In this document: positions 37,255 through 46,922 of the stretch, piece by piece
How the letters are laid out: each line of letters starts with the position of its first letter
Position numbering within the stretch: position 1 is the stretch's first letter
DNA from: a virus
Taxonomy: Duplodnaviria > Caudoviricetes
Length of the DNA stretch: 61,161 bases
Virus record (IMG/VR): IMGVR_UViG_3300050343_000157
Span: 1-61,161 of that record
Direction: 5' to 3' (one strand)
The notes under the pieces: generated by a model
Databases searched by the model: none
What the model was told of the DNA's origin: nothing
The model's input: the letters and a program-made list of their open reading frames with translations, nothing else
Program-made: the position numbers and the translations under genes

Positions 37255-39880
37255 TTATTTGTGTTTTTAATGTTTCTATTTCTGCTTTTAGTTCTTGTAT
37301 TGCTTTTACTAAAGTTGGAATCATATCCCCCATTTTTAAAGATTTCTTTGTTTCCTCATCATTATATTTATAATCATCAACTAAATCAGGCAAAACATCT
37401 GCAACTTCTTGGGCTACAAAACCTGCAATATTTTTTCCATCTCCATTTTTCCAGTCAAATCTTCTTGGTTGTAGTTTCATCACTTCACTTAAACCTGTTT
37501 CAAGTGGTTTAATATTTTCTTTTAAAGTAACATCTGAAATAGCACTTATAGATGTACTTGTAGCGTGTATTTGTCCTGCGCCAGATACAAAAAATCTATA
37601 ATTATTGCTATTCATATCATAAACGTGCCACGCGTTAGTTCCAGCAGTTCCATCAATTGAAGCATATGCCTCGCCGTTAGGATCAAGTCTATATCCAGTT
37701 TGAGTCGAAATATCAAGATTTGTTCTTGAAATTAAAATAATTCCATCATTTCTTATACGCATTTTTTCTGTAGCAGCTCCTACTCCTGTTGATGTTGCAA
37801 ACGTTAAATAAGAATCACCATAAGCAGATGCAAAATTGCAATTTATATAAGAAGATACTCTTGGAGCACTAATATCTGCTGTATAGAATTCAATACCGCT
37901 TAATAATTCATTTGTAGCAGCAGTAGTGTCTAAACTTGATAATCTTATGCCAGGTTGTCTTAAAGTAGCTATTTCTAACTTAGCATTAGGCGTAGTCGTC
38001 CCGATTCCTACGTTTGCATTTGAATCAACGTTTATGGCTATTGTCCCACTAGCAGAACCTACATATACAGCGAAAGGATTTGTTGTATTTGAATTAATAG
38101 TCATTGTTTGACTATTCCCATGCCATGTTTGAAATTGCACACCATTAACATTAGAGTTTGCTTGGTATCTAGTAAATAAATCTCCAGCACTTTGAACATG
38201 TAAAGGTTGTTGAGGCGAAGTCGTTCCAATCCCAAAGTTGCTGTTATACCATGTGCCTATAAATCCTCCAGTATCATAAAAACTAATAGCATTTGCTGCT
38301 CCACTTGTTCCACCTTTTATTTGTAACGTATCTGTTCCACTTACGAAACCTATCATATCAATAGCCGCACTTCCGGTATTTCTTATGCCTTGTAAAAACT
38401 TACCATTAGTTGTCATCCTAACATCACCTGAACTACCTATAGTAAATTTTGGTGTAGTTGTTCCGGAGCTACTTGTGTAAAACTCAAAACTTGTGCTACC
38501 ACCTGTTGATTTAGAATATATTTCAGCTGTACCTGCCGTCGAATTATATTGTAACTGTAATGAGTTGTTTGCGCTTGGTGTAGCACCCATAATATACATT
38601 ATACCAGAACTGCCTATACGCATTCTTTCTGTATCAGAAGTTCCAGCATGAAATTGTAAAGCATCTGTTGAACTTGAACAAATAATTGATGCTCTTTTAT
38701 CTCCAGCTCCATCATTCCATCCAATTCTATTTCCATCGCCAGTTCCTTGAGCCATACTTAATCCAAATTGAGGATTTGTTTGCCCAATTCCGACGTTGCC
38801 GCTAGGTTGTATTGTCATTTTAGCATCTGATAGAGTAACATTGTTACCATTTACTTCATTATTATTTGCAAAAATTAAATCTCCACGACCTTGCGTTGTT
38901 GTTCTTTTAAAGAAAATACCGGATTTTACATAAGTATTATTGCTAAGCATGCTAAAACCAATACTTGCAGAATCACCATCAGTGTCATTTTCATTTGCTA
39001 AAAGTAAATTATTTGCATCTCCTGATGCGTTACCAGTAACAGTTAATTTTCTTCCAGGCACAGTCGTTCCTATTCCTACTTTTTGATTAAAATAAGTATT
39101 ACCATTTTGCAGCATTACCATATGATAGTAACTAGCAGTACCCAATCTATACGATTCATCAGAAGCTAAAACTAAAGCAGAACCCATTACAGTATCAGTC
39201 GCTGGTTTTGTAATAAATAAACCTGACCTTGTATTTTCTGACCTTAATTGTAAAGAAGCATCTGTATTCCTCTTTAAATAATTTAATCCATTTGTGGCTG
39301 TAATTTGAGTTGTTTGTACAGTTCCTGCAAAAGTTGCGTTTCCAGAAGTTAATGCTAAATCATCTGTGGATGCATCGTGTGACAAATATAAACCTCCGTT
39401 TACGTGAGTTATTGCACTTTTGGTAGTACTATCAGCATCTTCTAATACTATATTTCCTGTACTATATGTATTTCCATTTGCTTTTATAAATAATGCAATA
39501 TTAGAATCAGCAGTTAATCCAACTCCTACATTTCCTGCAAAAGTTGCATTGCCAGTAAACGATGGTGAAGCCAATGGAGCTTTTAATCCAATGCTTGTTG
39601 CCGTGGTAGTAGCAAAGTTAGGATCATCTCCAAGAGCAGCAGCTAATTCATTAAGTGTATTAAGAGTTGCAGGTGACGAATCAACTAAATTAGTTATCTG
39701 TGTACCCACATAGCTTTCTGTAGCAAAACTATTTGTAGATAAGTAAGAACCCACTCTAGCATCCGTGTAATACAAATTGCTGCCCTCACCAATATGTGCG
39801 GTAGTTATACCGTGGCTAGCATGCAAATTACTCTGGACTATTACCCCGTCTGATATAAGTTTTACTTTAGTTTGCGCCAT
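37247..39880 (-). CDS. tail fibre with C-terminal S74 intramolecular chaperone
   Basis: GNVGIG repeats; SDVTLKENI...GFVAQEV...LVKAIQEL. Confidence 0.88.
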   Translation of the reverse strand: MAQTKVKLISDGVIVQSNLHASHGITTAHIGEGSNLYYTDARVGSYLSTNSFATESYVGTQITNLVDSSPATLNTLNELAAALGDDPNFATTTATSIGLKAPLASPSFTGNATFAGNVGVGLTADSNIALFIKANGNTYSTGNIVLEDADSTTKSAITHVNGGLYLSHDASTDDLALTSGNATFAGTVQTTQITATNGLNYLKRNTDASLQLRSENTRSGLFITKPATDTVMGSALVLASDESYRLGTASYYHMVMLQNGNTYFNQKVGIGTTVPGRKLTVTGNASGDANNLLLANENDTDGDSASIGFSMLSNNTYVKSGIFFKRTTTQGRGDLIFANNNEVNGNNVTLSDAKMTIQPSGNVGIGQTNPQFGLSMAQGTGDGNRIGWNDGAGDKRASIICSSSTDALQFHAGTSDTERMRIGSSGIMYIMGATPSANNSLQLQYNSTAGTAEIYSKSTGGSTSFEFYTSSSGTTTPKFTIGSSGDVRMTTNGKFLQGIRNTGSAAIDMIGFVSGTDTLQIKGGTSGAANAISFYDTGGFIGTWYNSNFGIGTTSPQQPLHVQSAGDLFTRYQANSNVNGVQFQTWHGNSQTMTINSNTTNPFAVYVGSASGTIAINVDSNANVGIGTTTPNAKLEIATLRQPGIRLSSLDTTAATNELLSGIEFYTADISAPRVSSYINCNFASAYGDSYLTFATSTGVGAATEKMRIRNDGIILISRTNLDISTQTGYRLDPNGEAYASIDGTAGTNAWHVYDMNSNNYRFFVSGAGQIHATSTSISAISDVTLKENIKPLETGLSEVMKLQPRRFDWKNGDGKNIAGFVAQEVADVLPDLVDDYKYNDEETKKSLKMGDMIPTLVKAIQELKAEIETLKTQING

Positions 39881-39881
39881 A

Positions 39882-42800
39882 TTAATTATTTTCTAACGTT
39901 TCTATTCTAGCTTTTAAGCTATCGTTATCTGCTTTTAATTCTTGTATTGATTTAATTAAAAAAGGAACTAAATTAGAATAACTTATTCCTTCAATTTGTT
40001 CATCTTTACTAAACACTACCTCTGGAATTATTTCATTTGTTTCTTCAGCTATTAAACCAAAACCAGGTTCATTAGTATTTACATCTGTAAATCTTACAGT
40101 TCGTAATGAGTTAACTTTATCTAAACAATTTTCAAGATTTACTATATTAGTTTTATATCGTTCAGAAGATGTTTGATAAAATAATTCGCCATCTGAAGTA
40201 CGGTAACTTACATCAGGATGAACTTGAGTTTTTCCATCTAATCCTGGCATGAGAATTCTACCTGTTACCCCAATATTCATTCTTGTTACAAAAGTTGTTG
40301 AACCTTTATAATATCCGCCAAATTGAATATCAGCAGTTTGGGATGCGACTGTAGTATTATTAAATCTTATTTCCCCAGAACTTCTTGCTGTATTTGGTTG
40401 AGTAATTGTACCATTTGAATACATTAAATTAGAAGTTATAGAACCTGATAAGCCATCTCCTGCGGTATTTAAAACTATACCATATTCTCCTGGATCAGTA
40501 TCTCCATAAGCCGCAAACGCTGTTGACATATTAGTATAAGAACTTATATCTGCTCTTGCTTCTATAATGCCATTGGATTTTATCCGCATTCTTTCTAATT
40601 GGTTTGTAGCAAACCTCATATAGTCATCTCCGTGTACATATTGAATATATCCTTCATTTACTGCTTCTGGGTCAGCAAAAGCTATTGTCGCTGCTCCTGT
40701 ACTTGGAGTAGCTAAAGTAATTCCAAAATTATTGTTATTTTCAAAGACTATATCATCTGCATTTGACCAAATAGTTGTTACCCCTGAATCACTTGCTGAA
40801 ACTTGTAATTTTGTAGCTGAATCTATTTTAGCAACTCCATTTCCTATTAAAACTGCTCCAGAACTATCTATATGCATTCTTTCTGTTACTGAACCACCAT
40901 CAGGCATTGTATAAAATCTTAAAGAACTTCCAGGTGTTCCACCTGTAGCATTTAAAAACCCTGATATTTTTGCTCTACCTGCAGATAATTGAATACCTGT
41001 TTCAGCATTATAAGCATTTACACCATCTAAATATAAAACAGTACCTGAACTGCCTTTTGTTATATTTACTTGCCCTGCGCTTGTAATACGCATTTTTTCA
41101 TTTGATGCAGATAAACCTTGAGTATAAAAAATAATAGGGTCTGTTCCTTCTGTTCCAATAGCCAAACCATCTAATGCTGTTTGTGCATTAATATATCCCC
41201 TATTAGTTAAAATATCACTTCTACCACTACCACCAACTCCAAGCATAGCGCCTCTACCATCACTATTTTCAACTTCTACCATAGTAGTAGAAGTATTGCT
41301 ACTAGTTTCTTTTACTCTAATTCTAGGACTAGCTCCTTCTATATCTAACAGATAATTAGGCGAATCCGTCCCGATTCCGACGTTTTGAGCTTCGGAAATC
41401 CACATGGCATCTTTTGCTACATTGTTTTGTAAAACTCCAAACTTTAAACCCGTGCTTCTTGCTGCTGCTGAACTAAAATCTGCTGTTCTATAACCCATAA
41501 TATTTGAGCCAACATCAGCACCACTTGCACTACCTGCTGCTAATACTAATTTTGCATAAGGAGCAGTAGAACTTGTTTGACCAGATGCTTTGACTAATAA
41601 TACAGGGCTTGCATCATCTTGTTCAATATGTAAAATTTCTGCAGGCGAATCCGTTCCGATACCGAGATTACCACCATTGTCCATCACAACATCTTTGTTG
41701 GTTTTTAATCTTAACTGATAATTATTATTTGCACCAATGTATATTTCATCACCAGCACCTGCTCTTAAATAACAAGCATCTGTACCGGCATCTAAAATTT
41801 CAAAGAAACTATCACCATCAGTGTTAAATTTTGTTGATGGACCATTTATAGTTAAATTAGAATCAATTGTAACATTACCTGCAAAAGTTGCATTGCCATT
41901 TGTTGCTATTTCTAAAACTTGTCCATTTGGAGTAGTTGTATTTCCACTTTGTACATAAAACCTTAAATTAGTTTCATTAAATATACCCCAAGAAAAATCT
42001 GTTCGTGTTAATGCAAATTGAGATACATTACTATTTGATGCACCATCTATAATTATTTTGTCTGTTGTTACACTACCAGAAAAAGTTGCATCACCCGTAA
42101 ATGACGGTGAGGCTAATGGCGCTTTTAATCCAATGCTTGTGGCTGTAGTTGTGGCAAAGTTTGGATCATCGCCTAATGCTGCCGCTAGTTCATTTAAAGT
42201 ATCTAACGTTGTAGGAGCCGAAGCAACTAACCCTGCAACTTCTGTATCTACATAGTTTTCTGTTGCGTAACTGTTTGTTGTTAAATAATTACCAACTTCT
42301 GTTGGAAATGATGTAGCTGTTGCCACACTAGAAGAGTTACCTAGCCAAAAATTATCGTTAGCAATATTAGGAATATCGTTTGTTCTAAGTATTGATGACA
42401 CTAATAACGAGCCTGAATTGCCACCAGAAGATCTTGCAATTTTAGCAATATTTTGGATTAAATTGCTGCCGGTTGGTTTTGTCATTGTTAAACCACCACC
42501 AGCTTTTACATATACTGTATCATTTGATGCTGTACTTGTGCCGTCAATTGTGTCTGTTGTAATGTTTCTTAAATAGCCACCTGTAATTGCATAGCCTTCT
42601 GCATTTACAGCAAGTGTAGTTAATAACAATCCTGCTGCTGGCATTTTAGCACTATTGCTTGCATCTGCTGGTGCTATTTGTAATCTTGCTGAATTACCAA
42701 CGTTACCGCTAATGTATACCGGAGTCCCTTTGGCTATACTTGCAGTATGTGTATTTTTTACAGGCACAATTACAGAACCAGCTTGTAAACTGTCTGCTTG

Positions 42801-43376
42801 CGTAGCTGATGCAATACTAATAACCTCTATGTCCACCCCATTTGCTGGAGCTGCATCAAAACCAAGTGTAGTCCCGTCAACACTGTAGGTATTTTTAAAT
42901 TGATAAACACCATTTAAAAATATTAAAGTTTTAACTTCATTGTCTATAGCATTCGCTAACGTAAAATCTGTCGCTGAGCCATTACCCGTAAAGTTATCTT
43001 GATAAATAACAGTAGGCCCTGTGTTTATGGCCGAAATAGAAATAACCTCTATACTGTGACCACTAATTGGTGCAGTTGTAAAGGTTATTGTTGATCCCGA
43101 TACGGAATACGTATCTTTTTCTTGATAAACACCATCTATGTATATTTGTGTTTGATCTTCATCAGTAATTGAATTTTGTAAATCAAAAGATACTCCAGCT
43201 CCATCTCCGGTAAAATTATCTCTGTAAATTACGGAAGCCGAATCACTTGCCCCAGCTTCTGCAAAAGATAAATTACCAGCGCCATCAGTCGTTACGACTT
43301 GTCCACTAGTACCATCTGACGCGGGAAAAGTATACGCGTCGTTAATTCTTATATTACTAAGAAAACGTTTTGCCAT
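39882..43376 (-). CDS. tail fibre with C-terminal S74 intramolecular chaperone
   Basis: Two FTGDG...GVYQ repeats; SSERYKTNI...GLIAEE...LIKSIQEL. Confidence 0.88.
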   Translation of the reverse strand: MAKRFLSNIRINDAYTFPASDGTSGQVVTTDGAGNLSFAEAGASDSASVIYRDNFTGDGAGVSFDLQNSITDEDQTQIYIDGVYQEKDTYSVSGSTITFTTAPISGHSIEVISISAINTGPTVIYQDNFTGNGSATDFTLANAIDNEVKTLIFLNGVYQFKNTYSVDGTTLGFDAAPANGVDIEVISIASATQADSLQAGSVIVPVKNTHTASIAKGTPVYISGNVGNSARLQIAPADASNSAKMPAAGLLLTTLAVNAEGYAITGGYLRNITTDTIDGTSTASNDTVYVKAGGGLTMTKPTGSNLIQNIAKIARSSGGNSGSLLVSSILRTNDIPNIANDNFWLGNSSSVATATSFPTEVGNYLTTNSYATENYVDTEVAGLVASAPTTLDTLNELAAALGDDPNFATTTATSIGLKAPLASPSFTGDATFSGSVTTDKIIIDGASNSNVSQFALTRTDFSWGIFNETNLRFYVQSGNTTTPNGQVLEIATNGNATFAGNVTIDSNLTINGPSTKFNTDGDSFFEILDAGTDACYLRAGAGDEIYIGANNNYQLRLKTNKDVVMDNGGNLGIGTDSPAEILHIEQDDASPVLLVKASGQTSSTAPYAKLVLAAGSASGADVGSNIMGYRTADFSSAAARSTGLKFGVLQNNVAKDAMWISEAQNVGIGTDSPNYLLDIEGASPRIRVKETSSNTSTTMVEVENSDGRGAMLGVGGSGRSDILTNRGYINAQTALDGLAIGTEGTDPIIFYTQGLSASNEKMRITSAGQVNITKGSSGTVLYLDGVNAYNAETGIQLSAGRAKISGFLNATGGTPGSSLRFYTMPDGGSVTERMHIDSSGAVLIGNGVAKIDSATKLQVSASDSGVTTIWSNADDIVFENNNNFGITLATPSTGAATIAFADPEAVNEGYIQYVHGDDYMRFATNQLERMRIKSNGIIEARADISSYTNMSTAFAAYGDTDPGEYGIVLNTAGDGLSGSITSNLMYSNGTITQPNTARSSGEIRFNNTTVASQTADIQFGGYYKGSTTFVTRMNIGVTGRILMPGLDGKTQVHPDVSYRTSDGELFYQTSSERYKTNIVNLENCLDKVNSLRTVRFTDVNTNEPGFGLIAEETNEIIPEVVFSKDEQIEGISYSNLVPFLIKSIQELKADNDSLKARIETLENN

Positions 43377-43387
43377 ATTAAATTATA

Positions 43388-44407
43388 TTAACCTATTTTA
43401 CTAACCAGTACTTTTATATCTCCAGAGGCAGGAGCAGAAGCGAAGCTTACAGTAACGGTGTTAGTATTTGTTCTTACTACATCGGCATAAACCGTGTCAA
43501 GCGAGCTTGTATCGTAAAGCTGTACAATAACATCTTGTGTTCCTAAGTTATGATTAACAGCAATTGAAGTTGCTGAGCCATCACCAATCGCTACAGAGTA
43601 TGTGCTTTCTTGTACGTTTTGTATTGTTTTATAGTTTGTACCGTCTTTAGTAAGTTCCCAAATATCAGAACCTTCATTCCATCTTAATGCTACATTTGTA
43701 GCCGTACCTCTTTCAACTTCAATACCAGCATTTTCGCTTGGTGTTCCAGTTTCATTACTATTTAAAGTAATTATATTGTCAGCAAGATTTATTGTTTCTG
43801 TATTTACAGTAGTTGTCGTACCAGAAACCGTTAAATTTCCAGAAACTATTAAGTTTCCAGAAACTGTAGGATTTGCAACTAAACCAATTTGTATTTGATT
43901 ATTACTTACTGTAGTGTCTATTTCATTAGCTGTGCCAGTGAATGTTAATGTGTCAGTTCCAACTGAAACAATATCATCGGATCCGCTATCGGCCGCAATT
44001 GTTAAATCCGTACTAATAGCAACTGTTCCAGCAGCTGTTAATCTACCTTGAGCATCTACCGTAAAAGTTGGTATTGCCGTAGCAGAACCATATGAAGCGG
44101 CTGTTACTGCTGTGTCAGCTAAAGTTATAGTTTGTGTGTGTTGGCCCGATGTTGTATTAACTGTTCCTGTTAATCCAGTTCCAGCCGTTATATTAACACC
44201 GGTAATATCACCACCTACATTTATCCAACCCTCGTCTTGACCGTTTATTTGCTTTTCGCTGTAAACCTTTAGTTGATGGGCTGCTGTGTTATATATTATA
44301 TATCCCTCAGTTAGCCCCGCGCTAGGATCCGTGCCTACTTTCTGAATTACTGCATTTTGTAATTCGTTTTTGTTTAAATTAATGTCTGTTAAATATGAGA
44401 GTGCCAT
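43388..44407 (-). CDS. tail/fibre structural protein
   Basis: FTVDAQGRLT, GIEVERG, VNHNLGT beta-rich motifs. Confidence 0.7.
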   Translation of the reverse strand: MALSYLTDINLNKNELQNAVIQKVGTDPSAGLTEGYIIYNTAAHQLKVYSEKQINGQDEGWINVGGDITGVNITAGTGLTGTVNTTSGQHTQTITLADTAVTAASYGSATAIPTFTVDAQGRLTAAGTVAISTDLTIAADSGSDDIVSVGTDTLTFTGTANEIDTTVSNNQIQIGLVANPTVSGNLIVSGNLTVSGTTTTVNTETINLADNIITLNSNETGTPSENAGIEVERGTATNVALRWNEGSDIWELTKDGTNYKTIQNVQESTYSVAIGDGSATSIAVNHNLGTQDVIVQLYDTSSLDTVYADVVRTNTNTVTVSFASAPASGDIKVLVSKIG

Positions 44408-44413
44408 AGTTTA

Positions 44414-45112
44414 TTAGTTTACGTATACTTTGCCTTGAAAAGAGGCTTTAAATGTTATAGTGAAATTGTTGTTATCTGTGTGCTGTATATCTCCAACCAC
44501 ATGAGAGCCCGCAGAATCAACAGTTGTTACTGAAGGAAATTTTCCTAAACTGTGTGTTATTGTTTTTGCAACTCCCGCGGAAAAATTTATATTAGGAGAC
44601 GTGAAATTTTTATCTGTTCTACCAGAGTTGTCTAAATTAAATATATAATATTTATTATCCCTAAGCGTACCATTACCGCTTAAATAGCTTAAATTAAAAG
44701 TTAAAAAATTATCACTGGGATCTGCTTGTGTTGCGCTTAAAAAAGCGTAGTGACCAAACTCACTTATATTATCTACATTAGATATTTTTAAACCTTGATC
44801 CACTAAATGATTGTAAAACTCTGTTATATTTAAATTATCTAAATTATTTACTGAAACTTTTAATGATGTTATTGAGCTAAAATCAATACCACTTCCACCG
44901 GCTGGTAATTTAAAATGACCAGAAGCTAAAGATATGTTTTCTGGTATAAATTTATTTACAACACCATTTAAGTTTATCAAGCCAGATGTATTAAAAAACT
45001 CCGATATTTTTTCAAACGAAAAATTCTTTGTTCCTCCTCCAGAATCAGAACCAATAACTTTATCGTTCTTACTAGGCGTAGTATCTAGTCCATATGTATT
45101 AATTCTAGCCAT
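44414..45112 (-). CDS. tail structural protein
   Basis: MARINTY...TKNF N-terminus shared with 48843-52865; ITHSLGKFPSVT. Confidence 0.65.
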   Translation of the reverse strand: MARINTYGLDTTPSKNDKVIGSDSGGGTKNFSFEKISEFFNTSGLINLNGVVNKFIPENISLASGHFKLPAGGSGIDFSSITSLKVSVNNLDNLNITEFYNHLVDQGLKISNVDNISEFGHYAFLSATQADPSDNFLTFNLSYLSGNGTLRDNKYYIFNLDNSGRTDKNFTSPNINFSAGVAKTITHSLGKFPSVTTVDSAGSHVVGDIQHTDNNNFTITFKASFQGKVYVN

Positions 45113-45115
45113 TAA

Positions 45116-45577
45116 TTATTTTTTAAATATACTTGTAACCTTTTCACTACTTCGTCCACCAAAGTAAGCTAAAACTACTGCCATCATTACTTTTTCAAAT
45201 GTGTCGTTCCAGGTTACTCCTATATGAAATGGTATCGATTCAACACTATCTAATATTCCTGCTAAAGAGAATATAACAATACACCACACTAAAACTAATG
45301 GGCGTACGTTTTTAGAAAGCCATGAATCTGATATTGAGTCGGCTTGCCACCTTGAGGTGACAGCTTCCATTTCTTTATTTTGTTGTTCAAATATAAGTTG
45401 TTGTAATTTTATTTTTTCTTCGCTACTTACATCAGATTTGCCTATTGCAGCTATAGCTTCAGCTGGTGTTGATACACCACTAATTAAATTGCCTAATGCA
45501 GGGTTAACCAATGAAGCTGCACCAAACAATAGTTTACCTACTGTGGTTTCCGCAAATTTCTTTTTTGGTTTACTCAT
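45116..45577 (-). CDS. holin (3TM/GTA-holin-like)
   Basis: RWQAD..SDSWLSKNVRPL, hydrophobic helices, AYFGGRS.EK. Confidence 0.8.
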   Translation of the reverse strand: MSKPKKKFAETTVGKLLFGAASLVNPALGNLISGVSTPAEAIAAIGKSDVSSEEKIKLQQLIFEQQNKEMEAVTSRWQADSISDSWLSKNVRPLVLVWCIVIFSLAGILDSVESIPFHIGVTWNDTFEKVMMAVVLAYFGGRSSEKVTSIFKK

Positions 45578-45738
45578 GATTTTTTCATTTTATATGGAAC
45601 AATTTTATTCAATGCATTCTGTCTAGCCTCACAACCACAAGGTATGTTTAAACCAGAAGAAACTTTATCTACTACGCGTTTTATGCCTGTAGCTTTAGTA
45701 AACTTTGCAATTGAATCGCCTAAACCTCTACTTTCCAT
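45574..45738 (-). CDS. small protein (54 aa, not in ORF track)
   Basis: MESRGLGDSIAKFTKATGIK...CGCEARQNALN. Confidence 0.75.
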   Translation of the reverse strand: MESRGLGDSIAKFTKATGIKRVVDKVSSGLNIPCGCEARQNALNKIVPYKMKKS

Positions 45739-46026
45739 TTAACAATTCCATTTTCTTCTAGCAGCTCTACCTCTTTCAGACGTCCAGCTTTTTGATCTTG
45801 CACAAAATGATTTACGTCTTTTCGCAGCCTTACTTCCTTTCTTTAATTTAGATGGAGGTGTTGTAACTGCTGTTTTAAGTTTACTGCCTGGATTATCTCT
45901 TCTGTATTTAGCCACACCTTTTTTAGACATACCACCGCCGGCTTTTGAACCAGTGCCGCCTTTCTTATTTACTTTAGTGTAATAGCCTTTAGACTTTTTT
46001 CTTGATGGTGCTTTTTTACTTGGCAT
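45739..46026 (-). CDS. small basic protein
   Basis: K/R/G-rich; NPGSKLK...RRKSFCAR...WNC. Confidence 0.75.
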   Translation of the reverse strand: MPSKKAPSRKKSKGYYTKVNKKGGTGSKAGGGMSKKGVAKYRRDNPGSKLKTAVTTPPSKLKKGSKAAKRRKSFCARSKSWTSERGRAARRKWNC

Positions 46027-46028
46027 AA

Positions 46029-46139
46029 CTATTTTTTCTTTTTCTTTTTTAGCATTTTAAAATCAGCACCTGTAATTTTATCATACGGAGGCGCCATTTT
46101 AGCTATTCTAAGTTGATTTGCAGTTAATTTTTTTTTCAT
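46029..46139 (-). CDS. tiny basic protein (36 aa, not in ORF track)
   Basis: MKKKLTANQLRIAKMAPPYDKITGADFKMLKKKKKK*. Confidence 0.65.
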   Translation of the reverse strand: MKKKLTANQLRIAKMAPPYDKITGADFKMLKKKKKK

Positions 46140-46225
46140 TTTTTATAAGATGATTTTTTCTTTGTTTTTTTCATGTAAGACTTTTTAACTTTAAGCCCAC
46201 CACCTTTTTTGCTTTTTCCTGGCAT
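46136..46225 (-). CDS. tiny lysine-rich protein (29 aa, not in ORF track)
   Basis: MPGKSKKGGGLKVKKSYMKKTKKKSSYKK*, ATGA-coupled to next ORF. Confidence 0.55.
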   Translation of the reverse strand: MPGKSKKGGGLKVKKSYMKKTKKKSSYKK

Positions 46226-46227
46226 AA

Positions 46228-46668
46228 TTATCTGTTTTTATCTTTGATCATATCGTCTATAGCTTTATTATAAACTTTATCTGTATACGATCTGTTATTA
46301 AAAAATTTACTTCTTGTTCCTGTTGGTAAGTCTTCTTCTGCAAGCATTATACGATACACTCGTTTAATTAATTGCTTACATTTAAAACTTGTTTTGTATA
46401 TGGTGTATTTTTGTAATTTACCATTCCGTTCTCTCCAAACATCAATCCAACCCTCTCTTCTTAGCCTTTCCCACCTGTCTTTATCCCAACTGTAGGTGTA
46501 AACACCATCAATAAATTCATTACGTGTAAATCGATCTTTGCAATCTAAATAGATCAGTAATTCAAGATCAGCATCCTTTATATTATAAGTTTTACAGGCC
46601 CATTTACGAATGAGCCTGTAATATTTTAATAAATTTAAATCTTTTATGTCATCTGTACTTATTCTCAT
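46228..46668 (-). CDS. hypothetical protein, possible winged-helix
   Basis: DLELLIYL...WERLRREGWI. Confidence 0.65.
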   Translation of the reverse strand: MRISTDDIKDLNLLKYYRLIRKWACKTYNIKDADLELLIYLDCKDRFTRNEFIDGVYTYSWDKDRWERLRREGWIDVWRERNGKLQKYTIYKTSFKCKQLIKRVYRIMLAEEDLPTGTRSKFFNNRSYTDKVYNKAIDDMIKDKNR

Positions 46669-46922
46669 TCTACAAGTACTATATCACCAAGCTTTAATAC
46701 ATAATACAGTTGATCTTTCCATTCAATACCGTGACCGGCTACTTTATCGTAATGAACTATATCATCTTTACTAAGGCCTTCTGCTAAATTACCAGCAGAT
46801 ATTACTTTGCCTTTTAAATATCTAACATCTTTGTTTTGATCTTCAGTTAGTTCTAAACCACCAACTTTCTTTGGTGCTTCTTTTATTTTTTCTATGACTA
46901 CGTAGTAATTAATTGCTTTCAT
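46665..46922 (-). CDS. groES: co-chaperonin GroES
   Basis: KKVGGLEL mobile loop, GKVISAG, DIVHY; adjacent to groEL. Confidence 0.85.
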   Translation of the reverse strand: MKAINYYVVIEKIKEAPKKVGGLELTEDQNKDVRYLKGKVISAGNLAEGLSKDDIVHYDKVAGHGIEWKDQLYYVLKLGDIVLVE

